Of a stretch of 52,853 nucleotides of DNA, positions 1 to 11,361 are shown one piece after another (the stretch's first letter is position 1; each line of letters starts with the position of its first letter). This DNA is from Chloroflexota bacterium (lineage in GTDB: Bacteria; Chloroflexota; Anaerolineae; J036; Brachytrichaceae), in NCBI GenBank assembly GCA_017743375.1, contig JAGHYX010000001.1, positions 1 to 52,853 of the forward strand, in the 5' to 3' direction. The position numbers and the translations under genes were made by a program. The notes beneath the pieces were generated by a model that was not told the DNA's origin, searched no databases, and saw only the letters and a program-made list of their open reading frames with translations.

Positions 1-1
1 G

Positions 2-139
2 ACCTTGCTCAGGCAGGCGCGCGCCCAGCTCCAGGCCGCCGGCTTTCGCGTGCTCACTCATCAAGCGGTCCCGCCAAACGACGGCGGCCTGGCCCTCGGC
101 CAGGCTGTCGTCGGCGCGTGTATGTCAGGCGCGTGGTGA
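2..139 (+). CDS. hypF: 3' end of hydrogenase maturation carbamoyltransferase HypF (partial)
   Basis: Frame 2 reads ...[32 protein letters not shown]; PxNDGGxxLGQ is the HypF C-terminal motif. Confidence 0.85.
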   Translation, partial: TLLRQARAQLQAAGFRVLTHQAVPPNDGGLALGQAVVGACMSGAW

Positions 140-3046
140 GCGAGTAAGCAGCTCACTCTCGATTGTCGGCATCAGCTCCGCTCGGCCAATGCGCTGCAGC
201 GCGGCCTCCAGCGAGCTGTCAAGGCTCAGCCGGCTCAGCTCGGCCTCGCTCAGATGACGCAGGAGCACTGCGCGCGCTGCGGGATTTGCGAGCAGGTCGC
301 GCACGACGCTGCCGCGATCCAGCCGGCCGGCCACGTGGCGCACGCGGGCCATGACTTGGCCGAGCGTCAGGCCGGTCGAGTGAAAGTCGTAATCACCGGA
401 GCCGATCTCGACGACCGCTACACCGCGCTTTGGGCGGACGAGCGGCGCAGGCCGCAACGGTCGGCCTGATTCGGTCACCTGCGCGGCTTTGCTCGCCGGC
501 ATATACACCGTCGCCCGCGCGTTGGGCGGGATGCTGAGCCGGAGTCGGAAGCCTTCCTCGTCCAATGCCCACGCGACGCTGAGCCGGCCATAGGGCGACT
601 CCAGCGCTGCCTGGACGCGGGTCAAGCCGCCGCCCGGTTGAGGCCGAATGATGACGTGACGATAGCCGGGCGCTTCTGGGTCAATCTCAATCCCCGCTAC
701 CACGCGATACAGCCAATCCCCGATCGCGCCGAACGCATAGTGGTTGAACGAGTTCATCCCCGGATCCTGGAAGCTCCCATCGGGTTTGATGCCGTCCCAT
801 CGTTCCCAGATGGTGGTCGCGCCCTGCTTCACGGGGTAGAGCCACGATGGATAGCCTTCCTGATTGAGCAGCTCATACGCAAGGTCGGTATAACCAAAGC
901 GGCTGAGCACGTGGCACAGGTAAGGCGTGCCGAGGAAGCCAGTGGTAGGGTGGTAATCGGCGTCGCGCACGGCCTCGGCCAAGCGTTGGGCGGCCAGGGG
1001 GCGCAGGCGCTCCGGCAGCAGGTCGAAGTGCAGCGCCAAGACATACGCCGTTTGCGTGCCGGGGCCGACGCGCCCGCGCGGCGAGACGAACTCGGCGTTA
1101 AACGCCGCTTTCACCCGTTCGTATAACGCCGCGTAGGCCTGCGCGTCATCTGTCTTGCCTAGGGCGCGGGCGGTGCGGGACATCAGATCGGCGCAGTGGG
1201 CGAAGAACGCCGTGGCGATCAACTCCGTGTTGGTCGCCGGCGCCGGCAGCAAGGGGTTCGGCCCGCGATAGTCCAGCCAATCGCCAAAGTGAAAGCCGCT
1301 CGCCCAGAGGAAGCGCTCGCCGGCCTGGCGGCGCACGAAGTCCACCCAGCGGGCCATGCTTTCATATTGCTCGGCGAGGATCTCCGTGTCACCGTAGCAT
1401 AAGTAGAGCGTCCAGGGACAGATCACGGCGGCATCCCCCCAGCCGGCGGAGGCGGCGCTGCCGTGGTTGAGGATGTCGGGCACGACGAAGGGCACGCGCC
1501 CATCCGGATATTGATCGGCGGCCAGGTCCCTGAGCCATTTGGCGAAGAAGAGGGCGACGTGGCGATTGAAACAGGCCGTGCGGATGAAGACCTGCGCATC
1601 GCCCGTCCATCCCAGGCGCTCGTCGCGCTGCGGACAATCGGTCGGCACGTCCACGAAGTTGCCCTTTTGTCCCCACACAATGTTGTGCTGGAGCTGGTTG
1701 ATGAGCGGGTTGTCGCAGGCGAACTCGCCGGCAGGCGGCATGTCCGAATGCACCACGACGCCGGTGAGGTCCTCCGGGCGCAGCTCGCCCGGCCAGCCGC
1801 GGACGCCCACGTAGCGAAAGCCCATGAAGGTGAAGCGCGGCTCGTAGACCTCCTCGCCATCCCCCCTCAGCGTGTACTGCACCGTCTGTTTGGCCGCGCG
1901 CAGGTTGGCGACGTACAGGTTGCCCTCCGCGTCGAGGACTTCGGCGTGGCGCAGCGTCACGGTCGTCCCCGCCGGCCCGCGCACCCTGAAGCGCACCCAG
2001 CCGACCATGTTCTGGCCGAAGTCGGCGATCACCTCACCGTTCGGCGCAGCGAACACGCGCACAGGCGCCAGGCAATCCTGCCGCCGCACCAGAGGGCCTT
2101 CTTGGGCGACCAAGATATCTTTAGGCTGGTTCAAGCTGCGCACGGCGCGCCAGTCGCGGTCGTCGAAATCTGGAGTCGCCCATCCATCCTGTTCCAGCCG
2201 CGCGTCGTAGGTCTCGCCGTGGTATAGCTCGGCCATGCGGAGCGGGCCGAGCGAGGCGCGCCAGCCGGCGTTGCTGGTGACGATCAAGCGCCGGCCGTCC
2301 GCGAGGTCAACGTGGAGCTGGGCCAGCAGCGCCAGGCGGTCGCCGTAGTGATTGCGTCGCCGGCCAGAGAAGCCGAGGTGACCGCGATACCAGCCATCGC
2401 CCAAAATCGCGCCGATGGCGTTCGCGCCGGCGCGCACGAGCTCGGTGACATCGTAGGTCTGGTACTGGAGCCGCTTGCGATAGCTGGTCCAGCCGGGCGT
2501 GAGCACGGCGTCGCCCACTCGCTGGCCGTTGAGATACAGCTCGTATAGCCCCAGGCTGGTGGCGTAGAGGCGGGCGGCGCGCACCTCGCCATCCACAGTG
2601 AAGGTGTAGCGCAGGAAGGGCGCAGGGCGCGCCTCATCCTCAGCGTCGTCCCAGTCCGGGGTGATCCACTCGGCCTGCCAATCGTCCACCGTCAGCAGGC
2701 CCATCTCCCACCAGGCGATCTCGCTCCAATCAGAGGGCCGGCCGGCTTCGTCCCAGACGCGCACGCGCCAGTAGCAGCGCTGGGTCGAGCGCAACGGCGG
2801 CCCTTCATAGCGCACGTGCACGGACTGGTCGGAATGCACTTTGCCAGTGTCCCAGAGGACGCTGCGCTCGCACGACGGATCGGCGGCAACGACGAGCTGA
2901 TACGCCGACTGCGCAGCGCCGCGCGCGCCGTCGTCGGCGCGCAACTGCCAGCTCAAGCGCGGCTGGCGCGCGCCCAAGCCAAGTGGGTTCTGGCGATATT
3001 CACAGGTGAGGCGATAAGGTGATAACACGCGCGATGCTCCGGACAT
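125..3046 (-). CDS. Alpha-L-rhamnosidase, glycoside hydrolase family 78
   Basis: [31 protein letters not shown] and [10 protein letters not shown] motifs; start moved to ATG 3046 because the upstream extension runs into a repeat. Confidence 0.92.
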   Translation of the reverse strand: MSGASRVLSPYRLTCEYRQNPLGLGARQPRLSWQLRADDGARGAAQSAYQLVVAADPSCERSVLWDTGKVHSDQSVHVRYEGPPLRSTQRCYWRVRVWDEAGRPSDWSEIAWWEMGLLTVDDWQAEWITPDWDDAEDEARPAPFLRYTFTVDGEVRAARLYATSLGLYELYLNGQRVGDAVLTPGWTSYRKRLQYQTYDVTELVRAGANAIGAILGDGWYRGHLGFSGRRRNHYGDRLALLAQLHVDLADGRRLIVTSNAGWRASLGPLRMAELYHGETYDARLEQDGWATPDFDDRDWRAVRSLNQPKDILVAQEGPLVRRQDCLAPVRVFAAPNGEVIADFGQNMVGWVRFRVRGPAGTTVTLRHAEVLDAEGNLYVANLRAAKQTVQYTLRGDGEEVYEPRFTFMGFRYVGVRGWPGELRPEDLTGVVVHSDMPPAGEFACDNPLINQLQHNIVWGQKGNFVDVPTDCPQRDERLGWTGDAQVFIRTACFNRHVALFFAKWLRDLAADQYPDGRVPFVVPDILNHGSAASAGWGDAAVICPWTLYLCYGDTEILAEQYESMARWVDFVRRQAGERFLWASGFHFGDWLDYRGPNPLLPAPATNTELIATAFFAHCADLMSRTARALGKTDDAQAYAALYERVKAAFNAEFVSPRGRVGPGTQTAYVLALHFDLLPERLRPLAAQRLAEAVRDADYHPTTGFLGTPYLCHVLSRFGYTDLAYELLNQEGYPSWLYPVKQGATTIWERWDGIKPDGSFQDPGMNSFNHYAFGAIGDWLYRVVAGIEIDPEAPGYRHVIIRPQPGGGLTRVQAALESPYGRLSVAWALDEEGFRLRLSIPPNARATVYMPASKAAQVTESGRPLRPAPLVRPKRGVAVVEIGSGDYDFHSTGLTLGQVMARVRHVAGRLDRGSVVRDLLANPAARAVLLRHLSEAELSRLSLDSSLEAALQRIGRAELMPTIESELLTRSPRA

Positions 3047-3092
3047 TTGGATGTCAAATCGGGGTTGAGAGGCGGCGGCGCATTGTTGCGAC

Positions 3093-3201
3093 AGGCGCAC
3101 CCATCAAGATGATCAGCTCCCCACCAGGCTGCGCTGCCGGTGAATAGAGGGTGGGCGACGGCAGTGCCGTCGCCCACCCCTGAGCCGCCGTGAATGCACG
3201 C
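3093..3201 (-). mobile_element. MITE-like repeat copy (shortened)
   Basis: Perfect palindrome GGGTGGGCGACGGCA-G-TGCCGTCGCCCACCC at 3149-3179; TIR GTGAATGCACGC at 3190-3201; left end degenerate. Confidence 0.7.
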
Positions 3202-3227
3202 TGCGCAGCTTCCTCACAAAAGTTGAA

Positions 3228-3791
3228 TTAGTTCGGCGCGCTCCAGGCCCGATGTCCGCGCAACTCCTCGTAGCTCTCCGCCAGGTCATGCAAGCGCCGA
3301 TTGGCCTCGTCCAGCGCAGCGACCATGCGTTGGAAGTCTCGGTCGCCGCGAGCTAGGTCCAGCTTCATCAGCGCCACGGGCATCTCCAACAAGGTCTGAT
3401 GCGTCCTGCGCAGCTCGGCCAGGATCTGCGCCTCCAAGCGGGCGATCTCCTGGAGCACCGCGCCTGCGCCCTCTGAGCGCTGGGCGATCTTCTTCACGCG
3501 GCGCAGGCGCTCGAGCTTGCCGAGGGCGCGGTTGATGTTCTCCGGAACGCGCTGGAGCTGGCGCAGCAGCTCGGATCGTTGCCCGGAGGGGATCGCGCTG
3601 CTGGCCAACACCCCTCGAATTTCCTCCGCCAGCCGGCGCGCGTCCTCTACATACTGCGCCTCGGACATGCCGGATGGGACACGCCGCTCACGCCAGCGAT
3701 AGAGGGCGAACAGCGGCAAGGCCACAAACACGATCACGCTCACCAGCACGAGCAGCGCCGCCATCAGGAAGAGAAACGCCGCGATCCCCAT
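3228..3791 (-). CDS. Hypothetical membrane-anchored coiled-coil protein
   Basis: N-terminal hydrophobic helix, then an E/R/L-rich helical region; last gene of a minus-strand run. Confidence 0.7.
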   Translation of the reverse strand: MGIAAFLFLMAALLVLVSVIVFVALPLFALYRWRERRVPSGMSEAQYVEDARRLAEEIRGVLASSAIPSGQRSELLRQLQRVPENINRALGKLERLRRVKKIAQRSEGAGAVLQEIARLEAQILAELRRTHQTLLEMPVALMKLDLARGDRDFQRMVAALDEANRRLHDLAESYEELRGHRAWSAPN

Positions 3792-3814
3792 CGCTCATCT
3801 TCGCACGGGCTTAC

Positions 3815-4825
3815 TCAGCCCCGCTGCGCAGAGAGAGTATATAGTGAAACGTCTTTGCCGCCCAGCTTGTATTTGTATTCCTCGTTGCCCTGGAGGAAGT
3901 CGAAGACGCGCCGGCCATCGAGGATGGCCTTCTCGATCAGGCGCGCGATCAACACTTGGCCTGGGCTGAGGTAGGCGTATCTGGTCGGGTCCAGCCCGGA
4001 GTTGTAGACCAGCACGGCGTCGTTGTAGAGGAAGTTCATGTAAGCCGCGGCGCGGGCGCCGGCCACCTCCAGGAAGGCCAACTGCAGCCGGCCGACGTCG
4101 AACATCGCTTGTGCGATGGCGTGAAAGAAGCGCGCCATGCGCGGGGTCATAAACGCCGCCTTCTCCGGCGCTGACGCTTTCATCAGCGCGATGAAGTCGT
4201 CCACATCTCGCGCCAGCGCGTGTGCCTCGGTGGTAAAGGTGATCGCCACCTCCTCGCTGGCGCGGCGCAGCTTGCGCTGCAGCTCGCGGCGCTCTTTGCC
4301 GTCCAGGCTGGCCAAATAAGCGTCGAAGGATTCGGGCAGCGCGATCCTGGGGCAGGTATCCTCAAAAGCGACCTGGGGGTGCCAGCCCTCGGCGCGCAGC
4401 ATCTCAGGCAGGAGGGCCAACGTCGGCGAGGTCTCTACGATATTGCACAGGGCCAGCGATTGCCAGGCTGGGGCGTCGCTGCTCTTCAAGAAGTCCACCA
4501 CGGCGCGCAGGCAGGCCGGCTCGTGGCCGCGGGCGCAGATGAAGTCGAGGTAATCCGACACTTCTTTGCACCCCACCAGCGCGACTTCTACCGTGCCCGA
4601 CGGGCCGGGGGCAAAGAAGAGCGGAGCCAGGCCGATCAACGCGCCGTCGTCGTCGCAGATCGCCAAGATGCGCAGCTCGCCATCGCCCAGCTCGCGCCAC
4701 CAGACGCTTTGCCACTCGTGGGTGAGGAAGAGGGTATCGGCTGCCGAGCGCTGGAGCAGGGCGTTCCACTGGCCGGCCAACGCCGCAAAGCCATCGGCCG
4801 TGGCGTAAACATGGACGCGCGTCAT
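3815..4825 (-). CDS. GNAT family N-acetyltransferase (CelD/BcsL-like)
   Basis: LFLTHEWQSVWW, SDYLD, YNSGLDP..SPG, FDFLQGNEEYK motifs. Confidence 0.85.
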   Translation of the reverse strand: MTRVHVYATADGFAALAGQWNALLQRSAADTLFLTHEWQSVWWRELGDGELRILAICDDDGALIGLAPLFFAPGPSGTVEVALVGCKEVSDYLDFICARGHEPACLRAVVDFLKSSDAPAWQSLALCNIVETSPTLALLPEMLRAEGWHPQVAFEDTCPRIALPESFDAYLASLDGKERRELQRKLRRASEEVAITFTTEAHALARDVDDFIALMKASAPEKAAFMTPRMARFFHAIAQAMFDVGRLQLAFLEVAGARAAAYMNFLYNDAVLVYNSGLDPTRYAYLSPGQVLIARLIEKAILDGRRVFDFLQGNEEYKYKLGGKDVSLYTLSAQRG

Positions 4826-5334
4826 GCGGGATGCTCAAGCGGCTCCTCGTTGACCCGCCACACGCGGTCGGGGGAGACCAGCTTATCTATGTAAAGCACG
4901 CCGTCCAGGTGATCGATCTCGTGGAGGAACGCGCGCGCGACGTGGCCCTCCACCTCATACTTCACGCGGTTGCCATGGCGGTCGAGGGCGCGCACCACAA
5001 TCCGATAGGGGCGGGCCACATCGCCGCGCCAGCCGGGGATCGATAGGCAACCCTCCGGATATTCCCACGTTTCCTCAGATTGCTTGATGACTTCCGGGTT
5101 AATCAACGTGTAAAGCACGCCGCTGCCGGGGATGTCGTCGGCCTTCGGCACCTCCACGACGGCGATGCGCTGGGAGACGCCGACCTGTGGCGCGGCCAGC
5201 CCTTGGCCGTGCGCATGGTGCATCGTCTCCACCATGTCATCTATCAGCTTCAGCGTGTCGCGGGTGATCTTCTCGACTTTCTTCGCTTTCTTGCGCAGGA
5301 TGGGGTCGCCGATCTTTCTGATGGTCCTGATCAT
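4822..5334 (-). CDS. def: Peptide deformylase
   Basis: GQGLAAPQVG, EGCLS and HEIDHLDG motifs. Confidence 0.97.
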   Translation of the reverse strand: MIRTIRKIGDPILRKKAKKVEKITRDTLKLIDDMVETMHHAHGQGLAAPQVGVSQRIAVVEVPKADDIPGSGVLYTLINPEVIKQSEETWEYPEGCLSIPGWRGDVARPYRIVVRALDRHGNRVKYEVEGHVARAFLHEIDHLDGVLYIDKLVSPDRVWRVNEEPLEHPA

Positions 5335-5346
5335 AGATGGGCAGGA

Positions 5347-7092
5347 TCATAAGGTGCGCGGGGAGGGATGAATCTGTCTCAGCTCGTCGTATATGCCGAT
5401 GAGGGTCGCCAGCTCTTGCCAGCGCCGGCTGGCCTCCTCTTCCTGTTTGGCGATCCGATGGGCCTCGATGCGCATCAACAGCTCGCGCTGCACGCCCCTG
5501 GGGTTCCACACGCGCAGGAAAGACAACTCGTTCTCCATGCCGGCCGTGCGGATGATCACGTCGCCGATGTTGAACAAGTTATCCAGCAAGCCCTTCGTCG
5601 TCGCGCTGACGTTCTGGATGTTGCTCAGGCTGGCCGCGCGCTGCGACGTGCCGCCCAGCCCGAACGGGGTGCGCTTGTAGTCTATGACCTGGTCTTTGCT
5701 GATCATATATAAATCGTTGCGCCAGTCCTCGTATAGCCAGATCAGCCGCAGCAGCAGGCCAAACCCCACCAGCGCGACGAGCAGCACAGCCGGCGTGCCA
5801 AACAGCAGTTGGCGAAGGCTCGTCGTAAAGATGGCGATGATGGCCAAGACAACGATGTAAAGGAGCAACAGGAGCGCCGGCAGCAGGATCGCGCGCACGA
5901 GCACCAGCCAGTGCTTGCGATAGACGACCACGTTGCCGTCGCGCACCAACCGCATGCGGGGCAACAGTTCATTGCGCAGGTTGCGCAGCAGCGCGCGTTG
6001 TCTCGCCAGCCATGCGCTGGGCGTTTTGCGGGTGGCCACTTTTGGCGCTTCCGGCGCCGGCGGGCGCGGCAATATCCCCAGCTCGCGGCGCAGTTCGGTG
6101 CGAATCTTGGCGCGGTCTATGGCGAGCTTCTCAGCGCGCGCGCGGGCCTGTTGCTCAAGGATGAGCGATGCAACCCGATCCGGCTGGCTCACCCAATCAA
6201 ACCGGATGTTCGCCTGCGCGCCCATCGTCTCTATGAGGATATCGCCGATATCGAATAGCGAGCTGAGGGCGCTCGGGCGGTTGACCGTGACGTTTTGTAC
6301 CATCGCCAGCGGCGCTTCTTCCTGCGCGTCGTAGAGGATGAGGATGCGCTCGCGATGGACAAGGCGCTGGTCGGTGATCACGTAGTAGTCGTTCAGCCAG
6401 TCCACCAGCAGCCACAGAAAGATGACCAGCGCGATGAACAGGCCCCCCACGGAGAGCACCGGCACAAAGGCGCTGATGATCGGCTGTTGGAACGAGATGA
6501 CCCACAGACCCAACGAGAAGACGAGGAGGGCCATTGGCAAGCCCAGCCGGCGCGCAAACACCCACCAGTGTCGACGAGAGAACCACAGCACGACCTCACC
6601 AGGGCGCTGGGTGTCGAAGCGCTTGCGCTGGGTGACATATTTCTGGTTCTCGGCGTTGTAGGTCAGCGCGCCGCGCATGGCGGGGCGCCGCCGAAGCAGC
6701 TTCTGAAAGTCGTCGCGCGGGATGTACCACACCTGCGCCGGCGTCACAGCCTCGACGGTGGCCTCGCTGGGGTGACCGCTAATGAAGGCCAGCTCGTTGA
6801 GCATGTCGCCCGGCTGAGCCGTCCGGACAATCGGATCGCGGTTGTCCTTGCTCGGCACGCGCACGAACAACTTGCCCCTTCGCAACAAATAGAGGTTGGT
6901 GTCCGATGAGCCGGCGGTCACCAGGACTTCGCCGGCCAGCAGCGAGCGCACCCGCACGAGCGCCAACACGGCGCGCAGGTCGTCCGGCGAGAGCCTGGCC
7001 AGCAGGCCGGCCTGGCGCAGGCGTTTGATGAGTTCATCCGGGCGCGGGTCGTGCGGCGTGGTTTGGGCCGTCGCCTGGTTCTGCCCAACCAT
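5347..7092 (-). CDS. Membrane protein with N-terminal cyclic-nucleotide-binding domain and two bacterial PH-like domains
   Basis: cNMP-like region (LYLLRRGKL..GDMLNELAF..ATVEA); two TM pairs each followed by DWxND..IxxxR and GD(I/V)xIxT motifs; ATG 7092 overlaps the upstream TGA (TGATG). Confidence 0.75.
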   Translation of the reverse strand: MVGQNQATAQTTPHDPRPDELIKRLRQAGLLARLSPDDLRAVLALVRVRSLLAGEVLVTAGSSDTNLYLLRRGKLFVRVPSKDNRDPIVRTAQPGDMLNELAFISGHPSEATVEAVTPAQVWYIPRDDFQKLLRRRPAMRGALTYNAENQKYVTQRKRFDTQRPGEVVLWFSRRHWWVFARRLGLPMALLVFSLGLWVISFQQPIISAFVPVLSVGGLFIALVIFLWLLVDWLNDYYVITDQRLVHRERILILYDAQEEAPLAMVQNVTVNRPSALSSLFDIGDILIETMGAQANIRFDWVSQPDRVASLILEQQARARAEKLAIDRAKIRTELRRELGILPRPPAPEAPKVATRKTPSAWLARQRALLRNLRNELLPRMRLVRDGNVVVYRKHWLVLVRAILLPALLLLLYIVVLAIIAIFTTSLRQLLFGTPAVLLVALVGFGLLLRLIWLYEDWRNDLYMISKDQVIDYKRTPFGLGGTSQRAASLSNIQNVSATTKGLLDNLFNIGDVIIRTAGMENELSFLRVWNPRGVQRELLMRIEAHRIAKQEEEASRRWQELATLIGIYDELRQIHPSPRTL

Positions 7093-7844
7093 CAGCGCGA
7101 TTCTAGCATCGCGGACACGGCGAAGCGCAGCAGCGCAGTCTGCCGGCGCCAGCGCCAGGGCTGGCGAATCAGGCGATACAGCCACTCCAAGTGGGCGCGC
7201 TGGAGCCACTGCGGGGCGCGCTTTTGCACGCCGGCGATGAAATCAAACGCGCCGCCGACGCCCATCCCCAAAAGGCCGGGGCGGGCATCTGCCGTTGGCA
7301 GGAGGAGAGGTAGATTGCGAAACAGCCATTTATCTTGCGCGGGCGCGCCATAAGCGACGAAGAGAAGTTGAGGACGCCCGGCGCGCACCCGCGCCGCGAT
7401 CGCCGGCTCTTCCTCGCGCTGCGGTGTGCCAGCATACGTGCCGGCGACGGTCAATCCTGGATACCGCATCACCATCTGGGCGGCGGTGAGTTCGGCCACG
7501 CCGGGCTGCGCCCCTAAGAAGAAGACCCGCCACCGCCGGCGGGAGGCCAGCGCGCAAAGGGCCTGCATCAGGTCCACGCCCGCCACCCGCTCCCGCAGCC
7601 ACACCCCGCGCCGCCGCGCCGCCCACACCACCCCGACGCCGTCCGGCACGTTCAGCGCCGTGTGCGCCAAAACGGTCCGAAAGTCCTCGTCGCGCTGCGC
7701 GGCCATGATGAACTCGGGGTTCACCGTGGCGAACTGGTGCGCGCCCCCGCGGTCAACCAACGCCTCGGCCATTGTCACGGCCTCGTCGTAGGTCACGTCG
7801 TCCACGCGCACGCCCAAGATCGTCACCGAGCGGGGGATTGTCAC
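7092..7844 (-). CDS. WecB/TagA/CpsF family glycosyltransferase
   Basis: TVNPE, PDGVGV, ERVAGVDL, GAPAQD, GVGGAFD, RAPQW, LEWLYRL motifs. Confidence 0.93.
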   Translation of the reverse strand: MTIPRSVTILGVRVDDVTYDEAVTMAEALVDRGGAHQFATVNPEFIMAAQRDEDFRTVLAHTALNVPDGVGVVWAARRRGVWLRERVAGVDLMQALCALASRRRWRVFFLGAQPGVAELTAAQMVMRYPGLTVAGTYAGTPQREEEPAIAARVRAGRPQLLFVAYGAPAQDKWLFRNLPLLLPTADARPGLLGMGVGGAFDFIAGVQKRAPQWLQRAHLEWLYRLIRQPWRWRRQTALLRFAVSAMLESR

Positions 7845-7878
7845 CTGATCCTCACCTTAGGGACTTAGAATCGCGTCT

Positions 7879-9063
7879 GTGAATACGGGCCGCAGGTTAG
7901 TGTACCTGGACCACGCGGCGACCACGCCGGTTGCCCCCGAGGTAGAGGCGGCGATGCGACCATATTGGCGCGAGGTGTTCGGGAACGCAGCGTCGCTCCA
8001 TCACTTCGGGCGCGAAGCAGCCGCCGCGCTGGACGAAGCCCATGCCGTGCTGGGCTGCGCCATCGGCGCGCGCGCCGGCGAGGTCATATTCACCGGCTGC
8101 GGCAGCGAAGCGGACAACCTGGCCCTGAGAGGGGTCGCCCTGGCCATGCGGCGCACCGGCAAGCGCGAGCCAGGCCATATCATCACCACGCCGATTGAGC
8201 ATCAGGCCGTCGCGGCCACTGCTCAGCAGCTCAAGGATCTGTTCGGCTTCGACCTCACGTTCCTGCCGGTGGATGGCTACGGGCGCGTGGATCCCGATGA
8301 TGTGCGGCGCGCCATCCGCCCCGATACGGTCCTTGTCAGCGTGATGTTGGCCAATAACGAGGTCGGCACCCTCCAGCCGGTCCGCGAGATCGGCGCGCTT
8401 TGCCGCGAGCGCGGCATCCCTTTTCATAGCGACGCGGTGCAGGCGCCGGCCTATCTGCTGCTCGACGTGAACGCGCTCAACGTAGACTCGCTGGCGCTGT
8501 CCTCGCACAAGTTCTACGGCCCGAAGGGCGTCGGCGTGCTCTACCTGCGCGAGGGCACGCCCTACATCCCGCCGATCACCGGCGGAGGACACGAGCGCGG
8601 CCGCCGGCCAGGGACGGTGAACGTGGCAGGCGCAGTAGGCAGCGCGGCTGCGATGAAGTACGTTTCCCACCAGCGCGAGGCGCAGTCCGCCCGCCTGGCT
8701 GCCCTGCGCGACCGGCTGATCGCCGGCGTGCTCGACCGCGTGCCCGACGCGCGCTTGACCGGCCACCCGACCGACCGGCTGCCCCATCTGGCCAGCTTCG
8801 TCTTCAAGGACGTGGATGGCGAATCACTGCTGATGGCGCTGGACGTGGAAGGGTTCGCCGTCAGCACCGGCTCGGCCTGCACCAGCGGTAATCCCGAGCC
8901 GTCGCCGGTGTTGCTGGCGATGGGGATTCCACCGGCCTGGGCGTTGGGCAGCCTGCGCGTCTCCCTCGGTTACGACACCCGTCCAGAGGACATTGACGCC
9001 CTGCTCGACGTATTGCCGCGCTGCGTCGAGCGCGTGCGCCGCTATGGGTTGAGCGATGGCTAA
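7879..9063 (+). CDS. iscS: Cysteine desulfurase (IscS/NifS family)
   Basis: YLDHAATTP, HSDAVQ, SSHKFYGPKG, STGSACTS motifs; coupled to mnmA. Confidence 0.93.
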   Translation: MNTGRRLVYLDHAATTPVAPEVEAAMRPYWREVFGNAASLHHFGREAAAALDEAHAVLGCAIGARAGEVIFTGCGSEADNLALRGVALAMRRTGKREPGHIITTPIEHQAVAATAQQLKDLFGFDLTFLPVDGYGRVDPDDVRRAIRPDTVLVSVMLANNEVGTLQPVREIGALCRERGIPFHSDAVQAPAYLLLDVNALNVDSLALSSHKFYGPKGVGVLYLREGTPYIPPITGGGHERGRRPGTVNVAGAVGSAAAMKYVSHQREAQSARLAALRDRLIAGVLDRVPDARLTGHPTDRLPHLASFVFKDVDGESLLMALDVEGFAVSTGSACTSGNPEPSPVLLAMGIPPAWALGSLRVSLGYDTRPEDIDALLDVLPRCVERVRRYGLSDG

Positions 9064-10156
9064 GACGCGCGTCGTGGTGGCCATGAGCGGCGGCGTGGAC
9101 TCGTCGGTTGCAGCGGCCCTCTTGGTTCGCCAGGGCTACGAGGTGATCGGCATCATGCTGCGCCTGTGGGCCGATCAAGCCGGCGCGGACGCGGCCACCA
9201 ACGTCAACCGCTGTTGCACGCCGGAGGCTGTGGCCGACGCGCGGGCCATCGCGCGCCTGCTCGACATCCCGTTCTACGATATTCACGCCGAGGGCATCTT
9301 TAAGCAGCGCGTGGTTGACCCCTGGGTGACCGCTTACGCGGAAGCCACCACGCCCAACCCTTGCTTCAACTGCAACCGCTCCATCCGCTTTGGCTTCCTG
9401 CTTCAAAAGGCGCTGGCGCTGGGCGCGGAGTACCTGGCCACCGGCCACTACGCGCGCGTGGCGCGCAAGGCGGATGGGCGCTTTTGTCTGTTGCGCGGCA
9501 AGGACGAGAAGAAGGATCAGAGCTATGTCTTGCACGTGCTGGGCCAGCGCGAGCTTGCCCACGCCATGTTCCCGGTCGGCGACTATACAAAAGACGAAGT
9601 TCGCGCCATGGCGCGCGACTTTGGCCTGCCGACCGCCGAGCGCGCCGAGAGCCAGGATTTGTGCTTCCTGACCCAGGGCGACTACAGAGGGTTTCTCGTT
9701 CGACACGCCCCAGAGGTCGCTCGGCCTGGCCCGATCATGAACACGCGCGGCGAGGTGATCGGCCAGCACGAGGGCCTGCCCTTTTACACCATCGGTCAGC
9801 GCAAGGGGCTGCGCCTGACGACGCGCAGCGCGCAGGCCGAGCCGCTCTACGTCATCCGCCTGGACCGCGCGAACAACGCGCTGATCGTCGGCAGCGCCGA
9901 GGAGCTCGGCGCGCGCCGCGCGCGGGTGCGCGCCATGCACTACGTCAGCGGCGAGCCGCCCGCCGGGCCGCTGCGGTGCAGCGCGAAGATCCGCTACAAG
10001 GCGCGGGAAGCCGCCGGCTGGCTATATCCCGACCCCGACGGCGGCGCCACCTTCGCGTTCGATGAACCGCAGCGCGACGTGACGCCGGGACAAGGGCTGG
10101 TGTGCTACGCCGGCGATGAGGTCATCGGCGGCGGGATTATCGTGAGCGACTCGTAA
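9056..10156 (+). CDS. mnmA: tRNA 2-thiouridine synthase MnmA
   Basis: AMSGGVDSSV, PNPCFNCN, ATGHYA, KDQSY, ESQDLCF, YTIGQRKG, VTPGQ motifs. Confidence 0.97.
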   Translation: MAKTRVVVAMSGGVDSSVAAALLVRQGYEVIGIMLRLWADQAGADAATNVNRCCTPEAVADARAIARLLDIPFYDIHAEGIFKQRVVDPWVTAYAEATTPNPCFNCNRSIRFGFLLQKALALGAEYLATGHYARVARKADGRFCLLRGKDEKKDQSYVLHVLGQRELAHAMFPVGDYTKDEVRAMARDFGLPTAERAESQDLCFLTQGDYRGFLVRHAPEVARPGPIMNTRGEVIGQHEGLPFYTIGQRKGLRLTTRSAQAEPLYVIRLDRANNALIVGSAEELGARRARVRAMHYVSGEPPAGPLRCSAKIRYKAREAAGWLYPDPDGGATFAFDEPQRDVTPGQGLVCYAGDEVIGGGIIVSDS

Positions 10157-10185
10157 CCCCGGCAGCTTCCCGCACCCGACGTGGG

Positions 10186-11361
10186 CTATTTGTCCGGCAA
10201 GGCCGCGATGCCCGGCAGCATCTTGCCTTCCAGGAACTCCAGCGAGGCCCCGCCGCCGGTGCTGATGTGGGTGATGCGGTCGGCCAAGCCGGTTTGCTCG
10301 ATCGCTGCCACCGAGTCGCCGCCGCCGACGATGCTGATCGCGTTCGACTCAGCAACGGCCTTGGCGAGTTCGCGCGTGCCGACGGCGAACTTCGGGAACT
10401 CAAACACGCCCATCGGGCCGTTCCAGACGATCATCCGCGCGTTCTGGAGCTGATTGCGATACTTCTCCACGGTGTGCGGGCCGATGTCCATCGCGCGCCA
10501 GCCGGGCTTGATCTGGCCGACCGTCACCGTCTGGGTATTGGCATCGTTGCTAAACGCATCGGCGACCACCACGTCAACCGGCAACATCAGCTTGCCGCTG
10601 CAGCACAACAGCAGCTCGCGGGCCTGCTCCACCACGCTGTCCTCGACGAGCGAGTCGCCCAGCTCATACCCTTCAGCCTTGAGGAAGGTGTTGGCCATGC
10701 CGCCGCCGATCATGATCTTGTCGGCCAGGTTCATCAGGTTGTTGATCACCGGCAGCTTGTCGCTGATCTTCGCCCCGCCCAGCAGGACGACGAGCGGGCG
10801 CTCCGGGTCGTTGAGCACCTTGCCGAGGAAGTGAATTTCCTTCTCCATCAAGAAGCCGGCTGCGGCGGGCAGAAAGTGGGCCACCGCTTCCACCGAAGCG
10901 TGCGCACGATGGGCGCTGCCGAAGGCGTCGTTGACGTAGAGGTCGCCCAGCGCAGCCAACTGCTTGGCGAACTCAGGGTCGTTCTTCTCCTCCTCCTTGT
11001 GGAAGCGCAGGTTCTCCAGCAGCAGCACCTCGCCCGGCTGGAGCGCCCTGGCCTGCGCCTCGACCTCTGGGCCGACGCAGTCCTCGGCAAAGCGCACCGG
11101 CCGTCCGAGCAGCTCGCCCAGCCGTTGGGCGACGGGGCGCAGGCTCTGCGAGGGGTCTTTGCCCTTCGGCCGGCCCAGGTGCGACATCAACACCACCGAC
11201 GCGCCCTGATCGAGCGCGAACTGGATCGTGGGCAGCGCAGCGCGGATGCGCGTGTCGTCGCTGATCACGCCGTCCTGCAACGGCACGTTAAAATCAACCC
11301 GCATCAGCACGCGCTTGCCCTTGAGCGAATCGAAATCACGGATCGTCCTCTTGTTTAACAC
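10186..11361 (-). CDS. pgk: Phosphoglycerate kinase
   Basis: [44 protein letters not shown] motifs. Confidence 0.98.
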   Translation of the reverse strand: MLNKRTIRDFDSLKGKRVLMRVDFNVPLQDGVISDDTRIRAALPTIQFALDQGASVVLMSHLGRPKGKDPSQSLRPVAQRLGELLGRPVRFAEDCVGPEVEAQARALQPGEVLLLENLRFHKEEEKNDPEFAKQLAALGDLYVNDAFGSAHRAHASVEAVAHFLPAAAGFLMEKEIHFLGKVLNDPERPLVVLLGGAKISDKLPVINNLMNLADKIMIGGGMANTFLKAEGYELGDSLVEDSVVEQARELLLCCSGKLMLPVDVVVADAFSNDANTQTVTVGQIKPGWRAMDIGPHTVEKYRNQLQNARMIVWNGPMGVFEFPKFAVGTRELAKAVAESNAISIVGGGDSVAAIEQTGLADRITHISTGGGASLEFLEGKMLPGIAALPDK

